The notes: a model not told the origin generated them from the sequence alone. Positions 10,392 to 22,976 are shown, counted from the stretch's first letter. The stretch: DNA of 64,000 nt from an uncultured Gammaproteobacteria bacterium (GCA_902605525.1 CACLCV010000003.1:895-64894); one strand, 5' to 3'. Translations and numbers: made by a program.

Positions 10392-10497
10392 AATTCACTC
10401 CTTGTTTTATTAATATTAATAATAGTAATCATTCTAAACAAAAAGTAAGGTTTTTAAAATATCTAAATTGAAAAATGTTGCATGAATTTGGTGCAAA

Positions 10498-10770
10498 TCA
10501 GATAGAAACACCATGATATTGATGAATTGTTACCGTTGGCATACTTAATAGTGCTAATAATATTGGTGAGGTGAGAATACCTATCACACCAAAAAATATT
10601 CCAATAAGACCAGCTGCATACTCTTTTTGTAAACATGCGAGTAATCCTAAGATAAGGGCAAGTGGGCTAAATAATGGAGAAAGGATAAACACCCCAATGA
10701 ATCCAAAAATAATACTTAAAGAGCCATAGATAGACGAAGACTGTTTAACAATGATTTTATTTTCAGCCAT
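10498..10770 (-). CDS. Small membrane protein (two to three TM helices), hypothetical
   Basis: A 90-aa hydrophobic ORF placed directly after the stop of the DUF2805-like gene, upstream of proteorhodopsin on the same strand. Confidence 0.4.
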   Translation of the reverse strand: MAENKIIVKQSSSIYGSLSIIFGFIGVFILSPLFSPLALILGLLACLQKEYAAGLIGIFFGVIGILTSPILLALLSMPTVTIHQYHGVSI

Positions 10771-10989
10771 TTATTTATAATGCTCTCTTCTTTGCGAAAA
10801 GACCTTTACTCGCTCTCTCCATTTTTTATAAGCTCCAAAGGAAATATTTTGTTTCATGATTCTTTTTATCATATCGCTGTCTATTCCATACAAATCTTTA
10901 ATGCTGTCAAAACTTACATCATCAGACAGGGCCATATAAATAATTTCTCCTATCTCTTTATCAGTAAGTTTTATTTTTTTATTTGTCAC
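10771..10989 (-). CDS. TIGR03643 / DUF2805 family small protein
   Basis: A 72-aa protein with the pattern II.MA..D.SF..I...YGI....I..MK...S...YKKWRERV, recalled from memory as the DUF2805 signature. Confidence 0.5.
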   Translation of the reverse strand: MTNKKIKLTDKEIGEIIYMALSDDVSFDSIKDLYGIDSDMIKRIMKQNISFGAYKKWRERVKVFSQRREHYK

Positions 10990-11001
10990 GTCAAATTAGA
11001 A

Positions 11002-11448
11002 TTAAAGCGTTCCTTCTAGAATATATTTTAGTATCTTAACAGCCTGATTTTGGTCTTTAGTAACTGCACATGCAGCTGCATCAACTTCTTTCAAAGGATG
11101 CTGATGATCATCACTATGTATAACTATAATTGATTTGTTTAAAGCTGATGCATAGCCAGCGTCAAATGCTGCATTCCATTGTTTATACTTTTCACCAAAC
11201 TTTACAATAACTACATCGCTACCTTCTATAGATTTTTTAGTCCTTATAGAATTTATGTTAGCTCCCTTATTGTCTTTCCAGAAATTATTTTCTTCTGCAC
11301 CAAGTATTTCAACTCCACAGTTATCTGATAATTCATGATTCGTAACAGGTGATGTAAAATTAATATCTAAGCCCTCTTGCTTACACTGGCCAATAATTTC
11401 ATCTCTCCAGTCTGTGTGTATCTCTCCAGATAAATATACATTTAGCAT
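11002..11448 (-). CDS. YtoQ family protein (nucleoside 2-deoxyribosyltransferase-like fold)
   Basis: Starts MLNVYLSGEIHTDWRDEII, typical of YtoQ. A strong AGGAG ribosome-binding site lies 7 nt upstream of the ATG at 11448. The longer listed ORF (to 11538) has a low-complexity N-extension and is probably spurious. Confidence 0.55.
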   Translation of the reverse strand: MLNVYLSGEIHTDWRDEIIGQCKQEGLDINFTSPVTNHELSDNCGVEILGAEENNFWKDNKGANINSIRTKKSIEGSDVVIVKFGEKYKQWNAAFDAGYASALNKSIIVIHSDDHQHPLKEVDAAACAVTKDQNQAVKILKYILEGTL

Positions 11449-11539
11449 TCTTTTCTCCTTATTAATGCAAGTTATTATATAATAATTACTAATTTTTTTT
11501 AAAATGATTCGAGAATAATTCAAAATATAAAGAAACAAA

Positions 11540-12235
11540 ATGGATAGACAAATAATTGCTATTGGTGGTGGAGGTTTTGGGAGACACCCAGGAGTTGGTA
11601 CAATTGAACAATATATATTACAACAATCAGATAAAGAAAAACCTAATATATGTTTTATACCTACAGCAACAGGGGATAGTGACTCATATAAAGTGAGTTA
11701 TTACGAAACGCTAAACAAATTAAATTGTAATCCAACTCATTTAGATTTTTTTAAAAGAACACCCAACTTAGAAGAGTTGATTAAAAATCAAGATATCATT
11801 TTTGTTGGCGGAGGTAATACGAAAAGTATGTTGTCAGTATGGAAGGATTGGGGCTTAGATATCATTTTAAAAGAGGCATATATGGAAGGCACTATAATGA
11901 GTGGAGTAAGTGCTGGTGCGATATGCTGGTTTGAAAAAGGAGTTACAGACTCTTGGGCAAATAAATTAAATATAATGGAATGTTTAAGTTTTACAAAAGG
12001 TAATTGTTGTCCTCACTATGATGAAGAAGCTGAGAGAAAACCATCTTTATCACAATTTATTGATGAGGATCTATTAAGAGATTGTTATGCAATAGATGGC
12101 GGATGTGCACTGCATGTAAAAAATGATGAATTCTACAAAGCTATATCGTTTATGGATGGCAAGAATTCATTTCTAGTTCAAAAAGAAAATGGAGAACTAA
12201 AAGAAATGCCATTATCACGAATTAGTATTTCTTAA
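11540..12235 (+). CDS. Peptidase S51 family (dipeptidase E / cyanophycinase-like)
   Basis: Ser nucleophile elbow GVSAG and His region HYDEE. About 230 aa. Confidence 0.7.
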   Translation: MDRQIIAIGGGGFGRHPGVGTIEQYILQQSDKEKPNICFIPTATGDSDSYKVSYYETLNKLNCNPTHLDFFKRTPNLEELIKNQDIIFVGGGNTKSMLSVWKDWGLDIILKEAYMEGTIMSGVSAGAICWFEKGVTDSWANKLNIMECLSFTKGNCCPHYDEEAERKPSLSQFIDEDLLRDCYAIDGGCALHVKNDEFYKAISFMDGKNSFLVQKENGELKEMPLSRISIS

Positions 12236-12310
12236 AATTATTAATATTTATATCTCTACCAATCTTCTCTGATACAGTTAAGTATTAATTTACTTTAAAT
12301 TTAATACTTC

Positions 12311-12595
12311 TTATGAAGCTTCGGGAGCTGGTCTATAAAGTACAGTTATAAAACCTATGCGATGAATTATATCAGCATTAAGTTTTTCTCTAATCTTTAA
12401 ACAGTATTCAGTGCGTTCATCTTTATCAGAACCTTTCGCGCGAACTTTGATTAGCTCATGGGCATTAAGTGCAATATCAATCTCATTAATAACTGCATCA
12501 GTAAGACCATTTTGACCAATCATAATAATTGGCTTTAATGCATAGGCTTTTTTCTTTAATTCTTTTCTTTTGTTATTAGAAATATTCTTCTTCAT
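12311..12595 (-). CDS. yhbY: Ribosome assembly RNA-binding protein YhbY (CRS1/YhbY domain)
   Basis: A 94-aa protein with the YhbY pattern K..A..L.P.I.IG..GLTD.V..EID.AL..HELIKVR. Confidence 0.75.
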   Translation of the reverse strand: MKKNISNNKRKELKKKAYALKPIIMIGQNGLTDAVINEIDIALNAHELIKVRAKGSDKDERTEYCLKIREKLNADIIHRIGFITVLYRPAPEAS

Positions 12596-12600
12596 AGCTG

Positions 12601-12966
12601 TTAAAACATAATGTCTTTTGGATTCTCACAATCTACATACATCTTTAATTCATTAAACATACTGTTACTCAGTTCAAGAGTAGGACTAATTTTTGACAGA
12701 GTGCTATCACTCATTGGCATGTCCTCATAAGGCTCTAGCGCGTGTTCAACATGTGCTTCATGAAATTCTTCTTGGTTATACCATGACTTTTTCTTCAAAA
12801 AAGGCAAAATTGGGTCATCCGAATTCAAGACTCTTAGTTCCCCCGTAGAACAGTTGTATTCATATGCGCCATATATTTTTACAGTCGTATCAAACATGCC
12901 GCATGATGTAATTGTGATGCTTGCAAATAAGAATAAAGAAAGTTTTTTAAACACTATCATAATCAA
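12601..12966 (-). CDS. Lipoprotein, hypothetical
   Basis: Signal peptide with lipobox (ITITSC). No motif was recognised. Confidence 0.45.
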   Translation of the reverse strand: MIMIVFKKLSLFLFASITITSCGMFDTTVKIYGAYEYNCSTGELRVLNSDDPILPFLKKKSWYNQEEFHEAHVEHALEPYEDMPMSDSTLSKISPTLELSNSMFNELKMYVDCENPKDIMF

Positions 12967-13029
12967 ACCTCGCCAACTTAGTTATATAGATATTTAACTA
13001 TAGTTCAAATAAACTTAGTTTCCAATCAA

Positions 13030-13056
13030 GACTATTCCACTGTGACTGATTTGTTT
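13030..13056 (-). repeat. Degenerate duplicate of the glmS 3' terminus (encodes ..KSVTVE-stop). It forms a direct repeat with the real glmS end at 13421-13447.
   Basis: attccacTgtgactgattt at 13034-13052 matches attccacGgtgactgattt at 13424-13442, 18 of 19 identical (a 20-of-21 match if the flanking gap is included). Weaker similarity continues a further ~30 nt upstream. Confidence 0.6.
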
Positions 13057-13096
13057 TGATCAGGCATGGTGCTCATCAGTCTGAATGTCAACTAGG

Positions 13097-13384
13097 TTAG
13101 TCAAGGTTCCTTATCTCACAATTGGCATAATCTGAAGCATCATTAACATATTGCTGAAGTTGATCTATATAACTTTCTACTTCATATCTATATGAATCTA
13201 TATCATTATTATAAGACCGAATTTCCCAGTCATCACAAGTATGTGTATTTGAGTATTCATTTACACAATAAGGAACTGAGGGTTTAGATGGTTTCGAATA
13301 TGGGGCAGAAGGTTCAGAACAATATGCATATAAATTCATAGGTACTACCATCAGAAAAATAATAAGAAATTTTCTATTACTCAT
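13097..13384 (-). CDS. Small secreted Cys-containing protein, hypothetical
   Basis: A 95-aa protein with a signal peptide, a proline-rich SAPYSKPSKPSVPY stretch and four Cys residues. It lies inside the glmS-end direct repeats. Confidence 0.4.
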   Translation of the reverse strand: MSNRKFLIIFLMVVPMNLYAYCSEPSAPYSKPSKPSVPYCVNEYSNTHTCDDWEIRSYNNDIDSYRYEVESYIDQLQQYVNDASDYANCEIRNLD

Positions 13385-13420
13385 TATTTAAATATACCAT
13401 GATGTTAAGGAGATTCTAAC

Positions 13421-15235
13421 TCATTCCACGGTGACTGATTTTGCGAGGTTTCTAGGTTTGTCTACATCAGTTTTTTTCCTGAGCGCTACATGATAGCTCA
13501 GGAGTTGTGCTGGTATAATATATAAGATTGGCGCAATTAAATCAGGACAGTCTGGCATCTTGATGATTTCTACTTTGTTATTTTTCTTAGGAATTTTCTT
13601 ATTAGTGAAAATAAATGTTTGGCCTTGCCTTGCTTCTACTTCAGCTAGATTTGATAACACAAGTCTCGCTAAGTGATTGTCTGGCAGAAAACACACAACA
13701 GGCATTTTTTTATCTACAAGCGCTAACGGCCCATGCTTAAGTTCTCCTGAATGGTAAGCCGATGCGTGTATGTAAGATATTTCTTTTAATTTAAGAGCCG
13801 CTTCCAAAGCTATAGGATACGAAGTGCCTTTGCCCAGAAATATAGTGTGCTCTTTATTTTTAAACTTTGTTGAGATTTTTTTAATATCCGTTTCTAGTTT
13901 GTAAAGGCTATCTATTATTTCGCTGATTTTGTAAATGTCTTTGACCATACGATTTTCTATGTTTCCAAATTTTCTTGAGATAACGATAGTAAGTAATAAG
14001 AGAGTAAATAATTGTGATGTAAATGCTTTGGTTGAAGCTACACTTATTTCAGGGCCAGCATTCATCAAAAACACAAGTTTTGATAGGCGAGTTAATGTGC
14101 TTTCTGCTACATTGCATATTGCCAATGTGTTTGAATACTTAAGCTTTAGTGCTTTTTTCAAAGATGAAATTGTATCAGCTGTTTCACCTGATTGTGAAAT
14201 GCTCACGAATAAAGTTTTAGGCAGGACATTAATTTTTTTATACTTATACTCACTGGCAACCTCCGCTGTACAAGTAATAGTTGTATATTCTTCTATCCAG
14301 TCTTTGGCTACTAAAGATGCATGATAACTGGTGCCACAAGCAACAAAATGAATATGATCGATATTTTCAAGAATTTTATCTGTACCCGGTCCAAAGATAT
14401 TTGGTAATATTTTATTAGTGCCCACATAGCGACTTGTCATTTCTTTTAGAATAGGTTTCTGCTCATATATCTCTTTGTGCATAAAATGCTTATGCCCAGA
14501 AAGAGATGACTGTTCTGAATTCATTTTGGACGTTTTAACCTTCTTGATGATTATTTTTTTATTAGCATTAAAAATTGATACTTTTGAAGGTGTTATCTTA
14601 GCAAATTCATTGTCATCCAATGGAATGTAATGTTTTGTATCAGAAAGTATGGGCGTGATATCAGATGCTATAAAGTTTTCATTTACACCTTTGCCTATGA
14701 TGAGCGGGCTTCCTTTGCATGCAGCAAATATTGTGTTTGGGTAGTTAGTATTCATACATCCTATCGCATAACTTCCTTTCAAAATTTTCGTTGTCGAAAT
14801 AATAGACGATTCCATGTTTTTAGTTTTTTTATAATTCATATGAATAAGGTGCGATATAACCTCTGAATCTGTATCACTTTTAAATGAATATCTTTTTTTC
14901 TTAAGCAAAGATTTTAATTCAATATAATTTTCAATAATACCGTTATGAACAATGCTTATATTTTCTGATAAATGTGGGTGGGTGTTTTTCAAAATTGCCT
15001 CACCATGTGTTGCCCATCGTGTATGCGCTATGCCAGTTGTAATTCTAGTTAATGATGTTAGCTTTGTTCTAAGATTCTTTATAGGGCCTGTGGCTTTGAT
15101 TGTAGTTAGTTTTGATGAAATATCAGATCCAGAAATCCCAGATGAGTCATATCCTCTGTACTCTAGCTTCATAAGACCCTGATATAGTTTATTTCTAGTG
15201 CTTTTGGTTGAAGCAATTCCAAATATTCCACACAT
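13421..15235 (-). CDS. glmS: Glutamine--fructose-6-phosphate aminotransferase
   Basis: N-terminal MCGIFG (Ntn Cys), SIS domains and the invariant C-terminus KSVTVE. 604 aa. Confidence 0.97.
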   Translation of the reverse strand: MCGIFGIASTKSTRNKLYQGLMKLEYRGYDSSGISGSDISSKLTTIKATGPIKNLRTKLTSLTRITTGIAHTRWATHGEAILKNTHPHLSENISIVHNGIIENYIELKSLLKKKRYSFKSDTDSEVISHLIHMNYKKTKNMESSIISTTKILKGSYAIGCMNTNYPNTIFAACKGSPLIIGKGVNENFIASDITPILSDTKHYIPLDDNEFAKITPSKVSIFNANKKIIIKKVKTSKMNSEQSSLSGHKHFMHKEIYEQKPILKEMTSRYVGTNKILPNIFGPGTDKILENIDHIHFVACGTSYHASLVAKDWIEEYTTITCTAEVASEYKYKKINVLPKTLFVSISQSGETADTISSLKKALKLKYSNTLAICNVAESTLTRLSKLVFLMNAGPEISVASTKAFTSQLFTLLLLTIVISRKFGNIENRMVKDIYKISEIIDSLYKLETDIKKISTKFKNKEHTIFLGKGTSYPIALEAALKLKEISYIHASAYHSGELKHGPLALVDKKMPVVCFLPDNHLARLVLSNLAEVEARQGQTFIFTNKKIPKKNNKVEIIKMPDCPDLIAPILYIIPAQLLSYHVALRKKTDVDKPRNLAKSVTVE

Positions 15236-16611
15236 TATTTTTTCTTTACTACTTTATTTGTTCTAGATTTCCAATTCCTAATTGTCATTTGTTTGCTTCT
15301 TGCAATTGTTAGATGACCAGAGCCAGCCGTGTCTTTTGTGATTGTTGACCCTGCTGCTATAAATGAACCTTGGCCAATAATGACAGGTGCAACAAGCATT
15401 GAGCCCGAACCAATGAAGGAATTGTCTTTTACAATAGTTTTATGCTTATTAACTCCATCATAGTTACAAGTAATAGCTCCAGCACCAATATTCACATTCT
15501 TACCTAATGTTGCGTCACCTACGTAACTAAGATGATTTACCTTTGTTCCTTGACCAATAAGTGAATTTTTAATTTCTACAAAATTACCAATATTACATGA
15601 TTCGAGAACTTTAGTACCTGGTCTAATCCTAGCAAAAGGCCCTACGGTACAGCTATCTCCAATGGTTGCACCGAATATTATCGTATTAGGTTTGATATAA
15701 ACATTTTTGCCAATCTTGCATCTGTTTAGAAAACAGTTATGGCCAATAATGGAATTCTCCCCTATAGAAACATCATCTTCAAAAACACAGTTAATATCTA
15801 TTTCAACATTTTTGCTTACACGTAAGTTACCTCTTATGTCTGTACGTGCTGGGTCTCTTATGAGAGTTCCTGATTCTAAAAGATTTTCTGCTTTTTGTCT
15901 TAGGTACTGTTGTTCAAGATTTACAAGATCAATTTTAGAATTAACACCAGTTACTTCTAACTCATCCGTAAATTTGAAAGTACTAACTTTTTTATTATTA
16001 TCAATAAGTATTTTTATAATATCTGTAAGGTAATATTCTTTTTTTTGATTATTATTTTTAATTTGAGAGATATACTCGCGCAATACTTTTTCGTGTATTG
16101 CAATAATGCCCGTATTAACTTCTTTAATTTGTCTTTGTAACGCAGTAGTTTCTTTTTCTTCAATTATCGATTTAAACTTATTATTATCTCTTATAATTCT
16201 TCCGTAACCTTTAGGGCTATCTATTTCAACCGTACCAACGACAGCATCATAGGTTTTTAGTTTATTGATGATTCTTTTTATAGAAGTACTTTTGATAAAG
16301 GGTATATCTCCGCAAAGAATAAGTAGTTTATTATTTGATACTGGTTTTTTCTTAAGAGCTGCTTTAACCGCACCAGCAGTTCCGTTCAAAACTGTCTGAT
16401 AAACATGGCTAACCTTTTCTGAATCTAGTATTTTTTTTATCTCACCAGAGTTTTTATTAATAACACAAAGATTATCTTTAGCTTTAGCTTCTTTGAGCGA
16501 AGATATTATATGGTTGATGACTGGCTTTCCGGCAATATTGAAAAGCAATTTAGATTTATTAGCTTTCATCCGAGTGCTTTTTCCAGCACCAAGAATTAAA
16601 GATGTGAACAT
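15235..16611 (-). CDS. glmU: Bifunctional UDP-N-acetylglucosamine pyrophosphorylase / GlcN-1-P acetyltransferase
   Basis: N-terminal LILGAGKSTRM nucleotidyltransferase motif and C-terminal left-handed beta-helix hexapeptide repeats. It directly follows the atp operon, as in E. coli. Confidence 0.95.
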   Translation of the reverse strand: MFTSLILGAGKSTRMKANKSKLLFNIAGKPVINHIISSLKEAKAKDNLCVINKNSGEIKKILDSEKVSHVYQTVLNGTAGAVKAALKKKPVSNNKLLILCGDIPFIKSTSIKRIINKLKTYDAVVGTVEIDSPKGYGRIIRDNNKFKSIIEEKETTALQRQIKEVNTGIIAIHEKVLREYISQIKNNNQKKEYYLTDIIKILIDNNKKVSTFKFTDELEVTGVNSKIDLVNLEQQYLRQKAENLLESGTLIRDPARTDIRGNLRVSKNVEIDINCVFEDDVSIGENSIIGHNCFLNRCKIGKNVYIKPNTIIFGATIGDSCTVGPFARIRPGTKVLESCNIGNFVEIKNSLIGQGTKVNHLSYVGDATLGKNVNIGAGAITCNYDGVNKHKTIVKDNSFIGSGSMLVAPVIIGQGSFIAAGSTITKDTAGSGHLTIARSKQMTIRNWKSRTNKVVKKK

Positions 16612-16627
16612 ACAAGCTACCCCTTGC

Positions 16628-17052
16628 TTATTTTTTACTATTACTTCTCAGTTTTTTAATGAGACGCAATTGAGCAGCTGCCTGTAATAATTCAGATTTA
16701 GCTTTAGTAGCGTCAACTTCGTTAGCACTATTTTTCATTGCTTCTTGAGCTAATTTCTCAGCTTCCAAAGCTCTTTCTTCATCCAAATCATCTTCTCTTA
16801 ATGCAGTATCAGACAAAATTGTTACCTCATTAGGTTGTATTTCCAATATACCACCACTTACATAAAAGGTCTTCATTTCATCTTTGTTAATTTGAGCACG
16901 CACATCCCCAGCCTTGAGTTTTGTAATTAGGGGTGTGTGTTTGGGTGATATACCAACTTCTCCCATTTCTGCAGGAGCATAAACCATCTCAACATCTTGA
17001 GAGAAAATTTCTTCCTCTGCACTAACAATATCAAGCTTTATTTTATCTGGCA

Positions 17053-17053
<1 letters not shown>
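16628..17053 (-). CDS. atpC: F0F1 ATP synthase epsilon subunit
   Basis: A 141-aa protein coupled to the atpD stop, showing the epsilon fold pattern. Confidence 0.9.
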
Positions 17054-18441
<1,388 letters not shown>

Positions 18442-18446
18442 CTATC

Positions 18447-19310
18447 TTATAATGCTGCTGCGCCAGAGATAATCTCTGAAATTTCTTGTGTTATCGCGGC
18501 TTGTCTATTTTTGTTATATATTAATTGTAATTCTGCTGTTAAATCCGTTGCGTTATCCGAAGCTGCTTTCATAGCTACCATTCTAGATGCTTGTTCGCAT
18601 GCAAGATTTTCAACTAGCCCTCTATAAACTAATGATTCGATGTAACGTGTAAATAATGATTCCAAGACTGTTTCTGCATCAGGCTCATAGAGATAATCCC
18701 AATAATGATCATAGTTATCATCTTTATCTTCGGCTTGAATGGGCAAAACTTTTTGTAATATTGGTTCTTGGCTAACGGTATTGAGAAACTTATTATAAAC
18801 AAGATATACTTGATCAATCTCCCCGCTTATAAAACTATCAATAGTGCTTTTTATTAGTCCAAGCACTTGTTCAATTTGTGGTTTGTCACCTAGCTGAGCA
18901 GTTTGTGCCATTACATCCCCGCCCATTCTTTGAAAGAAAGAAGTGGCTTTGCTCCCAATAAGAGAAAAAGCTGGTTTTATATCTGATTTATTATCCTCTT
19001 CGATTGTCTCAACAACCAATTTAAAAAGATTATTATTTAATCCTCCACACAGACCTCTGTCAGAAGAAATAATTATATATCCTTTCTTTTTAACTTCTCT
19101 GGTAGCAAAAAATTCAGAGGTGTATTCTGGATGTGCGTGAGCAAGATGCGAAATTACATTAGAAATTTTATCGGCATAAGGCCTAGCCTTTAACATCTGA
19201 TCTTGTGCTTTCTTCATTTTGCTCGCAGCAACCATTTCCATAGCCTTGGTGATTTTCTGAGTATTTTGTATACTCGCAATCTGTGATCTTATCTCTTGGC
19301 TGCCTGACAT
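18447..19310 (-). CDS. atpG: F0F1 ATP synthase gamma subunit
   Basis: A 287-aa protein with a conserved gamma N-terminus (IRSQIASIQNTQKITKAMEMVAASKM). Confidence 0.95.
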   Translation of the reverse strand: MSGSQEIRSQIASIQNTQKITKAMEMVAASKMKKAQDQMLKARPYADKISNVISHLAHAHPEYTSEFFATREVKKKGYIIISSDRGLCGGLNNNLFKLVVETIEEDNKSDIKPAFSLIGSKATSFFQRMGGDVMAQTAQLGDKPQIEQVLGLIKSTIDSFISGEIDQVYLVYNKFLNTVSQEPILQKVLPIQAEDKDDNYDHYWDYLYEPDAETVLESLFTRYIESLVYRGLVENLACEQASRMVAMKAASDNATDLTAELQLIYNKNRQAAITQEISEIISGAAAL

Positions 19311-19312
19311 TA

Positions 19313-20854
19313 TTAATAGACTCCTTTTTCTTTAAAGTCTTCCATTAGTGATTTAAGTTTTGCTGCAACTTCGTCGTTGTAGTCACAGTTTGTATTTATT
19401 TCATTTACTAGATCAGTGTGCTTATCTGATGAAAATTCATGTAGAGCTTTTTCAAAAGCTATGACTTTATCTAAAGGCACTTCATCTAGAAAGCCCTCGT
19501 TGGCTGCAAATAATGAAATCGCCATGTCAGCAACAGATAAAGGTGAATACTGAGATTGCTTCATAAGTTCTGTTACACGTTTGCCTCGTTCTAATTGTTT
19601 TCTAGTAGCTTCGTCTAAATCTGATGCAAACTGTGAGAAAGCAGCAAGTTCTCTGTATTGTGCTAGTGCCAACCTTACGCCTCCACCTAGTTTTTTAATA
19701 ATCTTAGTTTGTGCAGCGCCACCGACACGAGACACTGATAATCCAGCATTAATCGCTGGTCTAATACCTGCATTAAACAAGTCCGTTTCTAAGAAGATTT
19801 GTCCATCAGTAATTGAAATAACATTTGTTGGCACAAACGCTGATACGTCACCAGCTTGAGTCTCAATGATGGGAAGTGCTGTTAATGAACCTGTTTGACC
19901 TTTAACTTTTCCATTGGTTGTGTCCTTGACAGCTTCCTCATTAATCCTCGCAGATCTTTCAAGTAGTCTTGAATGTAAATAAAAGACGTCACCTGGGTAC
20001 GCTTCACGACCAGGAGGTCTTTTAAGAAGCAGCGATACTTGTCTATATGCCCATGCTTGTTTTGTTAGGTCATCATAAACGATTAATGCATCTTCCCCTG
20101 AATCTCGGAAATATTCTCCCATCGCGCAACCAGAATATGGGGCAATGTATTGCATAGCAGCTGAGTCAGATGCTGAAGCTGCTACAATAATTGTATGTTT
20201 AAGAGCATCGTGTTCTTCAAGTTTTCTTACAACAGCAGCTATTGATGATGCTTTTTGTCCTATAGCTACATAAATACATTTAACGCCTGTATCTTTTTGA
20301 TTGATGATTGCATCGATAGCGACTGCTGTTTTACCTGTTTGTCTATCGCCGATAATGAGCTCACGTTGTCCACGACCAATTGGTACCATCGCGTCAATTG
20401 ATTTAAGTCCAGTCTGAACTGGCTGGTCTACTGATTTTCTCTCGATAACACCAGGCGCAATTTTTTCAATGGGTGATTTATTTGCAGATGTAATTGGACC
20501 ATTATTATCTAGAGGTTCTCCAAGTGAATTTACAACTCTGCCAAGTAGTTCGTCTCCAACAGGTACCTCAAGAATATTACCAGTACACTTAACAATATCT
20601 CCCTCAGAAATTGACTTGTAGTCACCTAAAATCACAGCACCAACAGAATCTCTCTCTAAATTAAGAGCGAGTCCATAAATATTATTTGGGAATTCTAACA
20701 TTTCACCCTGAAGCGCATCTGTAATCCCATAAATTCTAGCTATGCCGTCCGTTAGAGATACGACTGTACCTTCATTATGAGACTGCGTTTTAATATCAAG
20801 ATTCTTAATCTTGTCTTTTATGATATCGCTTATTTCTGTTGGATTAATTGTCAT
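19313..20854 (-). CDS. atpA: F0F1 ATP synthase alpha subunit
   Basis: Walker A GDRQTGKT. 513 aa. Confidence 0.98.
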   Translation of the reverse strand: MTINPTEISDIIKDKIKNLDIKTQSHNEGTVVSLTDGIARIYGITDALQGEMLEFPNNIYGLALNLERDSVGAVILGDYKSISEGDIVKCTGNILEVPVGDELLGRVVNSLGEPLDNNGPITSANKSPIEKIAPGVIERKSVDQPVQTGLKSIDAMVPIGRGQRELIIGDRQTGKTAVAIDAIINQKDTGVKCIYVAIGQKASSIAAVVRKLEEHDALKHTIIVAASASDSAAMQYIAPYSGCAMGEYFRDSGEDALIVYDDLTKQAWAYRQVSLLLKRPPGREAYPGDVFYLHSRLLERSARINEEAVKDTTNGKVKGQTGSLTALPIIETQAGDVSAFVPTNVISITDGQIFLETDLFNAGIRPAINAGLSVSRVGGAAQTKIIKKLGGGVRLALAQYRELAAFSQFASDLDEATRKQLERGKRVTELMKQSQYSPLSVADMAISLFAANEGFLDEVPLDKVIAFEKALHEFSSDKHTDLVNEINTNCDYNDEVAAKLKSLMEDFKEKGVY

Positions 20855-20859
20855 TATTT

Positions 20860-21399
20860 TTACCTGTTGTTTGTGATTTGTTCTTTCATTGAATTCAATT
20901 TATATCTTACGCTGTAGTCTGTAACTTGATTATTAATGCTAATTTTAATGCCTGCTAAAAGTTCTTTATTGATTACTTCATCTATTTTGATTTTTTTATC
21001 ATGTTGTTTTTCAAGGTTTTTGACTAACAGGTTTTTTTGATGGTCAGTAAGAGGATAGGCAGTTTCAACTTCAGCAATTGTAGTATTCTGTTCATCAAGT
21101 ATCATTTCACTAAACAAACGATAAACCTCATCTAAGAAGTAAACTTTTTTATTTTCAATCATGATACTAATAAATTTACTAAACATTGGGTTCACTTTTG
21201 TAAGAAAACTATTTAGGAAATCTAATGTTTTGTTTGGGTCAATTTTTGGGCTTGCTATTATAGCTTTTACATCTCCGCTAATAATAGTACGAGACAGAAT
21301 AGAGAGGTTGTCTGTCCACATATCAAGCTCATTAGTTTCCACTGCAATCTTATATGCAGCTTCAGCATACGGTCTAGAATATGTAACACTATCGGTCAC
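20860..21399 (-). CDS. atpH: F0F1 ATP synthase delta subunit
   Basis: A 179-aa OSCP-like protein, identified by its position between atpF and atpA. Confidence 0.85.
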   Translation of the reverse strand: MTDSVTYSRPYAEAAYKIAVETNELDMWTDNLSILSRTIISGDVKAIIASPKIDPNKTLDFLNSFLTKVNPMFSKFISIMIENKKVYFLDEVYRLFSEMILDEQNTTIAEVETAYPLTDHQKNLLVKNLEKQHDKKIKIDEVINKELLAGIKISINNQVTDYSVRYKLNSMKEQITNNR

Positions 21400-21863
21400 T
21401 TATCAAGCACCTCGCTGATGATTTGATCATGCATATTTTTATCTACTTCTTTTGTGATAATTTTTTCTGCACATAAAAGAGACAATGCTGCCACATCTGC
21501 TTTTAGTGCCTCTCTAGCTGCGTTAATTTCCTGTTCAAGCTGCTGAGAGGATGTCTTCGCTATTTTTTGAGCTTCCTCTTTGGCCGTTGCTCTTGCCTCC
21601 TCCACAATATTTTTAGATTTAGATTCTGCATTGTTAATAATGCCTGAAGCCTTAGTTTTAGCTTCATCTATACGTGTAGAAAACTCAATAGTTGCTTGTT
21701 CAATTTTCTTTTGACCTTGTTCGGCAGCAGCAAGCCCATCTGATATTTTCTTCGTACGGCTTTCCATTGCGTCAGTAAGAGGCTCCCATAGATAAGCTTT
21801 AACAAACCAAACAAACACAATAAATGTGATCATTTGTCCGAATAGTGTTGCTGTTACATTCAT
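21396..21863 (-). CDS. atpF: F0F1 ATP synthase subunit b
   Basis: Single N-terminal TM helix followed by a long charged coiled coil. 155 aa. Confidence 0.85.
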   Translation of the reverse strand: MNVTATLFGQMITFIVFVWFVKAYLWEPLTDAMESRTKKISDGLAAAEQGQKKIEQATIEFSTRIDEAKTKASGIINNAESKSKNIVEEARATAKEEAQKIAKTSSQQLEQEINAAREALKADVAALSLLCAEKIITKEVDKNMHDQIISEVLDK

Positions 21864-21877
21864 TAAAGTTTCTCTCC

Positions 21878-22171
21878 TTAAGCGCCCAGAGCTGCCTTAG
21901 CCGCTCCAACGAATGGATTTGCAAATACAAAGAACATAGCAAAAGCTAATACAATAAATGGAAATGATTCCATTAATCCTGCTGTAATAAACATTTGTGT
22001 TCTTAGTGCGGGTAACATCTCAGGTTGTCGCGCTATGCCTTCAATATACTTCATACATATTAAGCCCCAGCCTAGTGCAGAGCCTAATCCAGCTGCGGCT
22101 AACATTATTGACACACCCAAACTTGTTGATGAATAAATTTGTGTGATCATATCTGGTGTTAGTGTTTCCAT
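21878..22171 (-). CDS. atpE: F0F1 ATP synthase subunit c
   Basis: Two-helix hairpin with the GIARQPE loop and a proton-binding Glu (ESFPF). The true start may be the internal Met at about 22150. Confidence 0.85.
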   Translation of the reverse strand: METLTPDMITQIYSSTSLGVSIMLAAAGLGSALGWGLICMKYIEGIARQPEMLPALRTQMFITAGLMESFPFIVLAFAMFFVFANPFVGAAKAALGA

Positions 22172-22190
22172 TATTTTTCCTCTCTTTTAG

Positions 22191-22976
<786 letters not shown>

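Noticed and set aside
11449-11538. N-terminal extension of the YtoQ-like ORF (MFLYILNYSRIILKKISNYYIITCINKEKR)
   Set aside because: A strong AGGAG ribosome-binding site sits right before the internal ATG at 11448. The extension is AT-codon low complexity and would overlap the divergent pepE-like promoter.
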